Assembly: GCA_963761725.1 (NCBI GenBank)
Contig: CAVXHP010000006.1
Coordinates: 253,534 to 317,533 of the forward strand
Direction: 5' to 3'
DNA length: 64,000 bases
From: an uncultured Cytophagales bacterium
GTDB taxonomy: Bacteria; Bacteroidota; Bacteroidia; Cytophagales; Bernardetiaceae
Part shown: positions 29,547-38,649 of the stretch, in pieces
Numbering within the stretch: position 1 is the first letter of the stretch
How the letters are laid out: each line of letters opens with the position of its first letter
The notes under the pieces: model-generated
The model's database searches: none
Seen by the model: only the letters and a program-made list of their open reading frames with translations
What the model was told of the DNA's origin: nothing
Made by a program: the position numbers and the translations under genes

Positions 29547-30355
29547 AAGCCAAAATATTATTAGAAACTACTGAGAGTAGTATGCATCTAATAGCTAAAG
29601 AGTTTGGAACTCCAATCTTTGTTAGAAAAAATAAAATACTTAATCTCATATCTGATGTTGTCAGAGTAAAAGCAAACTTATTATACCAAGAAATTGAACT
29701 AAATGGAAATTTCCATTGTGATAATCTTACAGTTGAGAAAGTAAAAGTGTATGGTCTACTTGGCAAAACTAGTAATAGCATAAAAACTAATCTTTTACTA
29801 ACAAAAGACATAAAATTATATACTACATTGCCAGTATTGTCAGTCGGTAATAAGGTAATTATCTCATTTTCTAATTTACAGTTTACATCTAAGAATCAAA
29901 GAGTACTAGACCTTGATGATATACCTAAAGATAAATCTAGCCTTATTAATTTCTGTAAAGTATGTAGAGATAACTGTTGTGTATTAGGTAAAGTAAATGT
30001 AACAGAAGAGGAGTATAGAAAAATTTATGAATATACAGGACGAGGAGATTACTTTTTACGCAATGAAGATGGTGTTAGGCAAATTGACAATGAAAAGGGT
30101 AAATATTGTCGTTTTTTTGATAAAGAAAAAAAACTTTGCTCAATTCAACATATCAAACCAATTGAATGTAAAAGTTACCCAGTTTATTTTGGAGAGAAAG
30201 GTTCAATAAAAAATTTTTCAATCTATACTGGATGTCCTGCAAAAAGCTTTTTGACTGAAAAATATGTTTTACAGGCAAAAAAAGAGCTAGAGAAAATACC
30301 TAAGCAAGACAGAGAAAAATATTATGAGATTACTAAAAAACTGGGACAACTATGA
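29543..30355 (+). CDS. YkgJ-family (CxxCxxxCC) Cys-cluster protein with novel N-terminal domain
   Basis: CKVCRDNCC...EEEYRKI...YCRFFDKEKKLCSIQHIKPIECKSYP. Translationally coupled on both sides. Confidence 0.6.
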   Translation: MKAKILLETTESSMHLIAKEFGTPIFVRKNKILNLISDVVRVKANLLYQEIELNGNFHCDNLTVEKVKVYGLLGKTSNSIKTNLLLTKDIKLYTTLPVLSVGNKVIISFSNLQFTSKNQRVLDLDDIPKDKSSLINFCKVCRDNCCVLGKVNVTEEEYRKIYEYTGRGDYFLRNEDGVRQIDNEKGKYCRFFDKEKKLCSIQHIKPIECKSYPVYFGEKGSIKNFSIYTGCPAKSFLTEKYVLQAKKELEKIPKQDREKYYEITKKLGQL

Positions 30356-31443
30356 TATTAGAACTATCAAATATAACAAAGCGTTTTCCTAAGACATTGG
30401 CAGTAGATAATATTTCTCTACAAGTTCAGGCTAATGACCACTTTTTCATTTTAGGCTCTAGTGGATGTGGAAAGAGTACGCTTTTAAATATGATAGCAGG
30501 TTTTATTAAACCTGATAAAGGAATTATAAAATTAGATGGAAATATAATAAATGAAATTTTACCTAATAAACGCCCTATTCATACTGTTTTTCAAGATTAT
30601 GCTCTTTTTCCTCATTTAAATGTATTTGAAAATATAGCATTTAGTTTAAAAGTTCAAAAAGTAAATAAGAGTAATATAAAACATAGAGTGGGAGAGATGC
30701 TAGAACTAGTTAAATTAAGTGGCTTTGAACTCCGTAGAGTTAATGACCTTAGTGGAGGAGAAAAACAAAGAATTGCATTAGCTAGAGCTTTAATAAATCG
30801 TCCTTTAATACTACTCTTAGATGAACCACTTTCTGCTTTAGATTCTAAATTGAAGCGTGAAATGATTGTAGATTTACAAAAAATCAAAAGAGATATTAAT
30901 TGTACATTCATTCACGTAACTCACGACCAATCAGAAGCTCTAAGTTTAGGGGATAAAATTGCAATAATGAGTAAGGGTAAAGTAATACAAGTAGATTCTC
31001 CTATGAACATTTATCAAAAACCTACTACTCATTTTACAGCTTCTTTTATGGGGAAAATAAATACTTTTGAAATAAATAATATATTTAATCGTAGTAATAG
31101 TATTTATATAGGGAAAGCCAAAGATGGTAGTTTATTTTCTTTTGTCTCTGATAAAAAGATTGAAAAAACTGTTTTACTTGGTATTAGACCAGAAAATATT
31201 ATTGTTAGCAAAATAAAAAATAAATCTTTGTTACCTGATTTCTCCTTAGAGAAAAATAAATTGATAGGAAAAATACTATTACAATCCTTTCAAGGTAGTG
31301 ATATTGAATATACATTATTAACATCAATAGGAGAGTTTATAGTGCGAGTTCCTTTAAGTAAAGTAGCAGATTTTAAAACTGAGGAAGAGCTTTTACTTGA
31401 GTGGGAGACTGAATCTTCAATAGTTCTAAATAAAAATGTATAA
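30352..31443 (+). CDS. potA: ABC transporter ATP-binding protein, PotA-like (polyamine-type importer)
   Basis: Walker A GSSGCGKST, signature LSGGEKQRIALARAL, Walker B LLLDEPLSALD, and a C-terminal TOBE-like region. Confidence 0.85.
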   Translation: MILELSNITKRFPKTLAVDNISLQVQANDHFFILGSSGCGKSTLLNMIAGFIKPDKGIIKLDGNIINEILPNKRPIHTVFQDYALFPHLNVFENIAFSLKVQKVNKSNIKHRVGEMLELVKLSGFELRRVNDLSGGEKQRIALARALINRPLILLLDEPLSALDSKLKREMIVDLQKIKRDINCTFIHVTHDQSEALSLGDKIAIMSKGKVIQVDSPMNIYQKPTTHFTASFMGKINTFEINNIFNRSNSIYIGKAKDGSLFSFVSDKKIEKTVLLGIRPENIIVSKIKNKSLLPDFSLEKNKLIGKILLQSFQGSDIEYTLLTSIGEFIVRVPLSKVADFKTEEELLLEWETESSIVLNKNV

Positions 31444-32279
31444 TGAAAAAAATAAAAGTAAGTTGGATAAATAAAATACTGATATTTCCTTCTGGACTTT
31501 GGATAACAGCATTTTTTTTGATGCCCTTTTTTGTAGTTTTTATTTATACGTTTTTTAGTAGGGGTATTTATGGTAACATTGAGTACAACATCAATATAAA
31601 TAATTATTATAGAGCTTTTGAGTTTGTGTATGCTACATCTTTTTTTCGTTCATTAATATATGCTATACTCACTAGTTTAATAACTTTATTAATTGGATAT
31701 CCTGTTGCATATTGCATAGTTAAAATTTCAAATTTAAAGGTTAAAAGACTACTATTATTTCTTATAATACTTCCTTTTTGGTCAAATTATATTGCGAGAA
31801 TATATGCTTGGGCTATGCTACTGAGTGATAAAGGAATAGTATATCAATTACTATTTGAGTTAAATTTGATAGAAGAAAATCTAAGTATCTTATACTCATC
31901 AAACGCAGTTTATATTGGTCTAATTCATAATTATCTACCTTTTATGATACTATCAATATATGTCGCATTAGAAAACATAGATAAAAGGATATTAAATGCT
32001 TCCTATGATTTAGGTGCATCATTTAGTTACTCATTTATGAGAATTATACTACCCTTGTCTTATAGTGGAATTAGAAATGGATGTATAATGGTATTTAGTT
32101 TTGCAATAGCTGACTACGTAATACCTAACATACTTGGAGGTTCTAAAAAACTTCTAATAAGCAATGTAATTTCTAACCAGTTTATTACAACTAGAGATAT
32201 TCCTTTCGGTGCTACTTTAACAGTCTTATTCACTATTTTAGTATTTGCAATGATATATTACTTATATAAAAAAAATTAA
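31443..32279 (+). CDS. potB: ABC transporter permease, PotB-like
   Basis: Six TM helices with an EAA-like loop (NASYDLGAS...MRIILPLS). Confidence 0.8.
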   Translation: MKKIKVSWINKILIFPSGLWITAFFLMPFFVVFIYTFFSRGIYGNIEYNININNYYRAFEFVYATSFFRSLIYAILTSLITLLIGYPVAYCIVKISNLKVKRLLLFLIILPFWSNYIARIYAWAMLLSDKGIVYQLLFELNLIEENLSILYSSNAVYIGLIHNYLPFMILSIYVALENIDKRILNASYDLGASFSYSFMRIILPLSYSGIRNGCIMVFSFAIADYVIPNILGGSKKLLISNVISNQFITTRDIPFGATLTVLFTILVFAMIYYLYKKN

Positions 32280-32281
32280 AA

Positions 32282-33061
32282 ATGTTTGTAATGAATAAAA
32301 CCTTATCTATATATACATTCCTAATAATAAGTTTCTTATACATTCCTATAATTATACTAGCTATATATTCATTCAGTTCTGACCCCTATTCTATTTCTTT
32401 AAATAGTTTTTCTTTAGATGCATACATAGATTTATATAATGATAGAAGTTTTATATCAGCAATATGGAATAGTGTCATCGTAGCAATAATAGCATCTACA
32501 TTAGCTATAACTATTACAATTCCATTAGTTTATATTTTACACAAAAAGAAAAATATTATAGCGATAACAATAAAGAGTGTGTCCAAGTGGATTTTAATAG
32601 TGCCAGATATAAGTGTTGCTATTGGCATAATGATTTTATTTAAAGCTCTCAACTTCAATAGAGGTTTAGAAACAATTATTATTTCTCATACTACATTTTC
32701 TATAGCATATACAATACTAATAATTGAACCACATATTGAAAGTATTGTACCAAAATTAACAAATGCTGCGATGGATTTAGGTGCAACCGAAATACAAGTT
32801 ATTACAAGTATAATCATACCCTTGATAACTCCCAATTTAATAGTTGCTTTTTGTATTAATTTTACGTTATCTTGGGACGACTTTATTTTTTCTTTTTTCA
32901 ATTCAAGTGCAGGAAATTCTACTCTTTCTGTTTATATTTACACTCTTATAAAAAAAGGTGCTAATCCATCAATCAATGCTATATCTATCATATCTATGAT
33001 TGTATCATTGATTTTTATTACTATTAGCATAAAATTTCAAAGAATTTTGAACAAAATTTAA
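32282..33061 (+). CDS. potC: ABC transporter permease, PotC-like
   Basis: Six TM helices with an EAA-like loop (NAAMDLGATEIQVITSIIIPLITP). Confidence 0.8.
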   Translation: MFVMNKTLSIYTFLIISFLYIPIIILAIYSFSSDPYSISLNSFSLDAYIDLYNDRSFISAIWNSVIVAIIASTLAITITIPLVYILHKKKNIIAITIKSVSKWILIVPDISVAIGIMILFKALNFNRGLETIIISHTTFSIAYTILIIEPHIESIVPKLTNAAMDLGATEIQVITSIIIPLITPNLIVAFCINFTLSWDDFIFSFFNSSAGNSTLSVYIYTLIKKGANPSINAISIISMIVSLIFITISIKFQRILNKI

Positions 33062-33066
33062 CAATT

Positions 33067-34111
33067 ATGTTGAAGCATATAAAACATAGCCTATTTATAA
33101 CCATACTTTTCATTTTTGGAGGTTGTTCTTTTCGACAACAACAATAATAAAGAAAAAACAGACGAATTCATAAACGTCTATAATTGGACATATGTTATTC
33201 CTTCTGAGGTAATTACAGATTTTGAAAAAACATATCATGTGAAAGTAAATTATGATAATTACTCTTCTAATGAAGAATTATTAGCTAAAATACAAAGCCC
33301 ATCACATAATTACGATTTAATTTTTCCTAGTGATTATATGGTGCAAATAATGATAAAACAAGATTTATTAGCACCATTGAATTACAGTAATATTCCTAAT
33401 TCAGAAAATATTTCAGACGATTTTAAAGGCTTATTTTTTGACCCTAAAGATAAATATAGCATACCTTTTGAATGGTCTACAGCAGGTATTAGTGTCAATA
33501 CTAATAAAGTTCAGAATTACAATAAGTCGTGGGATATACTATTTGATGAAAAGTTTAAGAATGATGTAACAGTGTTAGATGACATGAGGTATGGTATTTT
33601 ACCAGCTATATTTAAGCTAGGTTACAATCCAAACACAAAGGAAGAAGACGAGATTAATAAAGCAAAAGAATTGATGTTTAAACAAAAAGAATTTGTTAAA
33701 GCATATAGTAGTGATACTTATATTGATATGCTAAAAAAAGAAGAAGTTGCTATTGCTTATGGTTGGAGTATAGACTTATTAAAAATCCAAAAGGAAAAAC
33801 CACACATTCGTTATTTTATTCCCAAAGAAGGTTCTACAAAAATTATAGAATTGATGTGTATTCCAAAAGAATCTAAAAGAAAAGGTTTAGCAGAAAAGTT
33901 TATTAATTACATACTAATTCCAGAGATTCACGCTAAAATCTCTAACTATTCAATGGCAACAAACCCTAATGAGAAGGCAAAACCTTTTATAAACGAAAAT
34001 TATAGAAGTATTAGTGATAGCGTTGATATGGACAAGCTCTTTTTTCTGAAAGATGTTGGAGACGCAACTATATTTTATGATAATGCTTGGAATGATATAA
34101 AAAATAAGTAA
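33067..34111 (+). pseudogene. potD: PotD-like periplasmic/lipoprotein solute-binding protein; signal peptide out of frame with the mature domain (+1)
   Basis: ATG at 33067 encodes MLKHIKHSLFITILFIFGGCSF, a lipoprotein signal, and then stops at 33145. The mature domain (track ORF 33116-34111: NVYNWTYVIP...) is in the next frame. Deleting one T of the T4 run at 33129-33132 fuses them as ...GGCSFDNNNNKEK. Confidence 0.75.
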
Positions 34112-34146
34112 TGTGATTAAAATTAGTTTTAACTTTTTTAATCAAA

Positions 34147-34737
34147 ATGAACCTACTCCCCCACCAAATAGCCCAAAAGTTATGAGTTTCCGAAAGGACA
34201 ATCTATAATTATAGAAAAAAAATAAAAGGTAAATTCAAAGAAGAGCTAAGAAACGGCATGACTTACCTAGAGTTTGTACCATTTTTAGAGTATGCAAAAT
34301 CACTTGGCAATACCTTTCCGAAAGATTCAGAAATATTTCCGAATATTCAGAAAGAGGCACAAAATGATTCAGAAAAAGTGAAAGAAAACAAGATAGAAAA
34401 GCCAAATTGAAATTTCTGAAATATTTCGGAAAGGGTTGCAGAAGTTTCCGAAAGCAAGGAAAATACCCAAAACCGAAATAAAAAGAAAAAACAGCTAGAA
34501 AATTATAGCAATAATCTAAATGAACAAGTTCAAAAATATGCACTTGCATTTAATGAAGAAAAAGCAGAGAGAAAAGAATTACAAAAAAAATACGATACTT
34601 TAGAAACTAGATTTTTGGATAAGGTAGAAGAAGTAGCTCGTTTTAAATGAAAAACAGCTTTATTCTTTGCACTTTTGGGAGGACTTGCTTTTGCTCTTAC
34701 ACTAATTTTAGTTTACCTACTCTTTCTCAAAACCTAA
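34147..34737 (+). pseudogene. HTH DNA-binding protein with coiled coil and C-terminal TM helix; open only if 4 in-frame TGA are read as sense
   Basis: ATG at 34147 and TAA at 34735. In-frame TGA at 34183, 34408, 34417 and 34648. Reads ...HQIAQKL[TGA]VSERTIYNYRKKI...; with Gly this gives the canonical LGVSxxTIY helix-turn-helix. The C-terminus ALFFALLGGLAFALTLILVYLLFL is a TM helix. Confidence 0.6.
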
Positions 34738-34740
34738 AGA

Positions 34741-35034
34741 AAAACAACGTTGTCTTTTTTTATTTTACTATTTTATATATTTTACGCAGCTTAAAGACCA
34801 GTTCAGACCTAGTGTTTCAGACTTAAAGATGGAATAAGATAGGTCTAAATAAGAGTATTATGGGGTAAAATATGAATAAATTAGGGTTTAAGATGGAATA
34901 AGATAGGTTCTATATATGAGAAAAATGAGGTTGTTGAAAAAATAAGTATGGAAATAAAAGTTTTCCACTCATATTTTAGCTTGTATTTATGTAAATTTTC
35001 CTTAGATTTTTAGTGTTTAGCTTATCTTACTGCA
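34741..35034 (+). other. Putative iteron-type replication origin upstream of rep
   Basis: 19-bp iteron AAGATGGAATAAGATAGGT at 34826-34844 and 34890-34908, 64 bp apart, with similar flanks. AT-rich stretch at 34754-34785. The 12-mer CCAGTTCAGACC at 34798-34809 is repeated inside rep at 35728-35739. Confidence 0.6.
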
Positions 35035-36231
35035 ATGGAAAAAGCCACACAACAGTTAGTAGTAAAGCATAATTATCTGATTAATGCCAAATATGATTTT
35101 TCTCTTTTAGAAATGAAGGTATTTTTGTTAGCCGTTTCTAAAATACAGCCACAAGATAAAACAACTACCAAGTATAGAATTTATGTAAAAGATTTTAAGC
35201 AACTTGTAAACACACAATCTAAGCAGGAATATAAAAGAGTGAAAGCAACCGTTAAAAGTCTAATGAAAAAGATTGTAGAAATACCAAGAGGAGAAGATAA
35301 ATCTGTTTTGATGTGTCAATTATTTTGACCTTCTGTTTACCACGACGGAGAAGGCTATGTAGAAATTCAGTTTTATGAAGAAATAAGAGCTTATTTATTA
35401 GAACTCAAAGAGAGATTTACACAGTATAACCTTCACAATATTGTCAGAATAAAATCCTTTTCCAGTATTAGAATCTATGAATTACTCAAACAGTACGAAA
35501 CGATAGGAAAAAGAACTTTTGAACTTACAGAGCTAAAAAGTATTCTAAAGGTAGAGAAAAAGTATAAATCATACGCTGATTTTAAAAGGTATATTTTAAA
35601 GAGAGCGCAGAAAGAAGTTTGAGCCTATTGTGATATTTCATTTACCTTTAAAGAAATCAAAAAGGGTAGGAGAGTAAATAAATTAGTGTTTTACATCCAA
35701 AGGAAGGAAAAAAAAGATACTCAAAACCCAGTTCAGACCGTCGTAGAAAATGATTTAAGTGCAAAATTTTTGCTTACCCCTAGACAAGTCCGTGAAGTGC
35801 TAAAAAAATATGAGAATGATTTGCTTCATTTAGAGAAAATTCTTTGAGAAATAGCTAAGAAATATAAAACAGGAGAAATAGAAAAATTAGGAGCTTATAC
35901 TTTCAAAACTTTAATAGAAGGAAAACACGAAAAAAGTCTTTTTGATGAAGAAGTCCAAATAGAAAAAGACAAAAAGCAACAGAAGAAAGCAGCAAAGATA
36001 GAAGAACAAAAACAGAGTGAAAAAGATAAACAGAAAACACAAGAAGAAAAAGAGCAGCTAATCACTCAGATAGAAAAAGCACTTTCAGAAGATGAAAAAA
36101 ATAGTTTGGAAGAGGAATTTAAAACTCATATTTCAAAACCTCATTTGCAACAACTAAGCGAACGCCCACGAGGAAAGAAGATATTACGACAAAATTTTTT
36201 GGCTAAAAAGTTCCTATCCGAAGACGATTAA
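35035..36231 (+). pseudogene. rep: Rep_3-type plasmid replication initiator; open only if 3 in-frame TGA are read as sense
   Basis: Reads QQLVVKHNYLINAKYDFSLLEMKVFLLAVSKI ... YHDGEGYVEIQF ... IRIYELLKQYETIGKRTFELTELKSIL...YADFKRYILKRAQKEV... The single frame is open for 398 codons. In-frame TGA at 35326, 35620 and 35845; terminates with TAA at 36229. Confidence 0.75.
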
Positions 36232-36254
36232 ATTTTATTTTCAACTTTGTTTGA

Positions 36255-36689
36255 ATGGAAAAGACAAAAGCAGATTTTGATTTGCGAAACAAGCAGAAAC
36301 AAAAAATAGAAAAAAGTGATGATTCTATACTTTCAGTTCGTGAATGACAACTTTGGCGATATTATGAGTGAATGAATGTAGGTAACGAACAATCAAAATG
36401 AAGAGAATGAAATTTTAGAAGAGTAGGTTTGATTCTAAACAAAAAAGTAGGTCGTTGAATGGTTCTTATTCTACCTATCACAACAAAATACAAAGAAGAA
36501 CATAGGGTTTACAAACTTCTCATTAAGAACCCTACTCAATACGGACTTTCAAATCCAAGTGCATTTATCTTAAATCGTTTCAACGTTATTTCTACAAAAA
36601 GATTAATTAAGGAAAAATCTGATTCTGTTTTACACTCTAATTTTTTGCAACTTTTGAAGAGGAAAATAATTAGCACTATTCACGAATAA
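36255..36689 (+). pseudogene. MazF/PemK-like toxin; open only if 5 in-frame TGA are read as sense
   Basis: ATG at 36255 and TAA at 36687. In-frame TGA at 36345, 36369, 36399, 36408 and 36456. Reads SVRE[TGA]QLWRYYE[TGA]MNVGNEQSK[TGA]RE[TGA]NFRRVGLIL...LILPITTK...FNVISTKRL. It aligns without gaps to Kid/PemK ERGEIWLVSLDPTAGHEQ (recalled from memory), placing the first TGA on the conserved Gly. Confidence 0.65.
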
Positions 36690-36879
36690 AGAAATACATC
36701 ATTATTTATTTTTCTCTAATATTAAATTAGCAACTTTTTAGATTATTTGAACTTAATTACCATTTCTAAGATGGAATGTTGCATAGGGTGGATAGTTATA
36801 AGAATATTTTGTAGAAATAATGTTATATTTGATTAGAGTTAGTGTTAACAAATTTACTTACAAATAACGTGCATTATAA

Positions 36880-38241
36880 ATGATTATAGTTAGACCTAGG
36901 TTGAATGATTATCATAACATTCCATTCACACAAGAAGAAGTAGATTTTGCAATTCCTTATTTGAATGAAGATATACCTTTATATGTTGATCCATTTTTAT
37001 TGTGGAAATCTCCATCACTTCAAGATAATTCTTTGCATACAGTTATCATCAACTCATTTAATCATCTTGGTCATTTAGTTAATACAAATAAAGAAGACAA
37101 AGCTATTGATATTCTGGTACAAACAAGTGAATGTAATGAAGTTGGAATGGGTAATTCAAAAACAAGAATAGGAAAACCAATAGGACATAAAACAGCTAAA
37201 GAAATATTGAATTTATTTATAAATATTCCTCAGTTAAAAAGCTCTGGTTTCGTCCATTTTGAAAGTATTCAACTACTTGTTAATGGTATTTCAAAGGATA
37301 GAATTAGTGATTTTACTACTAGCTTTATTAAATCTTTTCTAATAGATTATACAATAGAACAATGTGAAAAATATCACATACCTATTCATTCTGTAAAAAT
37401 AGAATCACTTTATAGTTACAAAGAAAATTCTATAATTTCAGAGAACGTTTATTTACCTACGAATCCTGAAAATAACTCTCCTATTTTGTTTGTTCCAAAA
37501 AGATGGTTAAGATTCATTCCTTGGATAAATTTTGATGACTACTATAAAACCTTTCAATTAAAAGATACACAACAACAAAAAGATAGAATTCCATTATTGA
37601 ATTACAATAGACAGAATTTCGATGCTGTTATGGCTTATGTAAAAATTAAGGAAAGTGAAAGAAAATTATGTAAAAATGACTTGATATTTAAGCCTATTTC
37701 AAAGACTTCTGTTACTAGAAAGGTAAATACAATTATTAAACTAGATACAGGCAAGACAAATAATGCTGATATTGAATTTGAAAAAAATATTTGTTCTGTA
37801 CTTCCTACGACATTCTTTCCATATTTGGATTTTGCTGAAGCACAAAGTAGAACTGTAGATGGAGTACATATAAGAGATTTAATATTTTATAATAATCGTT
37901 CTCACTCTTTCCTTGAGGAAATATATGAACAGTATGAATGTAAACAGATTATTTTTGAACTAAAGAATGTTAAGGAGCTAAGTAATGAACACGTAAATCA
38001 ACTGAATAGATACTTAAAAGAGCAATTTGGTAAATTTGGTGTTTTAGTAACGAGAAGCCCTCCATCTAAGAAAGTCCTGAAAAACATAATAAATTTATGG
38101 TCAGGTCAGCGAAAATGTATTTTAGTTCTTACAGATGAAGACATGAAATTAATAGGCAGTCTTTATCAAGGAAATCAAAGACCAGCCATTGATATTTTAA
38201 AGAAAAAATATGTAGAGTTTACAAGAGATTGTCCATCCTAA
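36880..38241 (+). CDS. Uncharacterised 453-aa protein with C-terminal Mrr/PD-(D/E)xK-like nuclease signature
   Basis: C-terminus reads VDGVHIRDLIFYNN...(about 25 aa)...IIFELKNVKELSNEHVNQLNRYLKEQFGKFGVLVTRSPPS, a D...ExK pattern followed by a Q..Y and G.lvT pattern like restriction-endonuclease (Mrr_cat) domains. The N-terminal 300 aa has no recognisable family. Confidence 0.55.
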   Translation: MIIVRPRLNDYHNIPFTQEEVDFAIPYLNEDIPLYVDPFLLWKSPSLQDNSLHTVIINSFNHLGHLVNTNKEDKAIDILVQTSECNEVGMGNSKTRIGKPIGHKTAKEILNLFINIPQLKSSGFVHFESIQLLVNGISKDRISDFTTSFIKSFLIDYTIEQCEKYHIPIHSVKIESLYSYKENSIISENVYLPTNPENNSPILFVPKRWLRFIPWINFDDYYKTFQLKDTQQQKDRIPLLNYNRQNFDAVMAYVKIKESERKLCKNDLIFKPISKTSVTRKVNTIIKLDTGKTNNADIEFEKNICSVLPTTFFPYLDFAEAQSRTVDGVHIRDLIFYNNRSHSFLEEIYEQYECKQIIFELKNVKELSNEHVNQLNRYLKEQFGKFGVLVTRSPPSKKVLKNIINLWSGQRKCILVLTDEDMKLIGSLYQGNQRPAIDILKKKYVEFTRDCPS

Positions 38242-38253
38242 ATTTTAAACTAG

Positions 38254-38649
38254 ATGAATGAAGAGCAAATTAACAATTTTGAGAAATGTCAGACACAAAT
38301 TGAAGGATTATTATCTGAGATAGGTTTATTATCTAAGAAAAATCCTAATGATGCAGTAAATAAATTCAAACTTATTTTTATTAATGAATTAATTACGAAT
38401 GCTAACATAATTCTGACTTCTGACTATATGCCTTTCAAATCGTTCAATGATTTTGATGTAGATTCTGTCCCCTCTAATAGTGATGTTACTTTCATCCTAT
38501 CACAATATCTAAATTGTTTTGAGAAACTAAGAGCAGATAATATATACTGTAAGTCTGAATACATAGGAGGTAAATACCATAATAATTGGTATTGGAGAAC
38601 AGGTAATAAAAAATTAATAGCTACTTCACAACCAAACAAAATAAAATGA
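38254..38649 (+). CDS. Small hypothetical protein, paralogue A (131 aa)
   Basis: Shares P..(D/E)..NKFK...IN...(V/L)PSNSD....I.QY......R with the next ORF. Its stop overlaps the next start (ATGA). Confidence 0.6.
   Translation: MNEEQINNFEKCQTQIEGLLSEIGLLSKKNPNDAVNKFKLIFINELITNANIILTSDYMPFKSFNDFDVDSVPSNSDVTFILSQYLNCFEKLRADNIYCKSEYIGGKYHNNWYWRTGNKKLIATSQPNKIK

Noticed and set aside
34235-34549. Track ORF (104 aa, minus strand) in the region between potD and rep.
   Set aside because: - It is antisense to the plus-strand HTH gene, which has much better protein-like features (HTH, coiled coil, TM helix).
- Its sequence is Phe/Leu-rich low-complexity, typical of the reverse strand of a Lys/Glu-rich gene.
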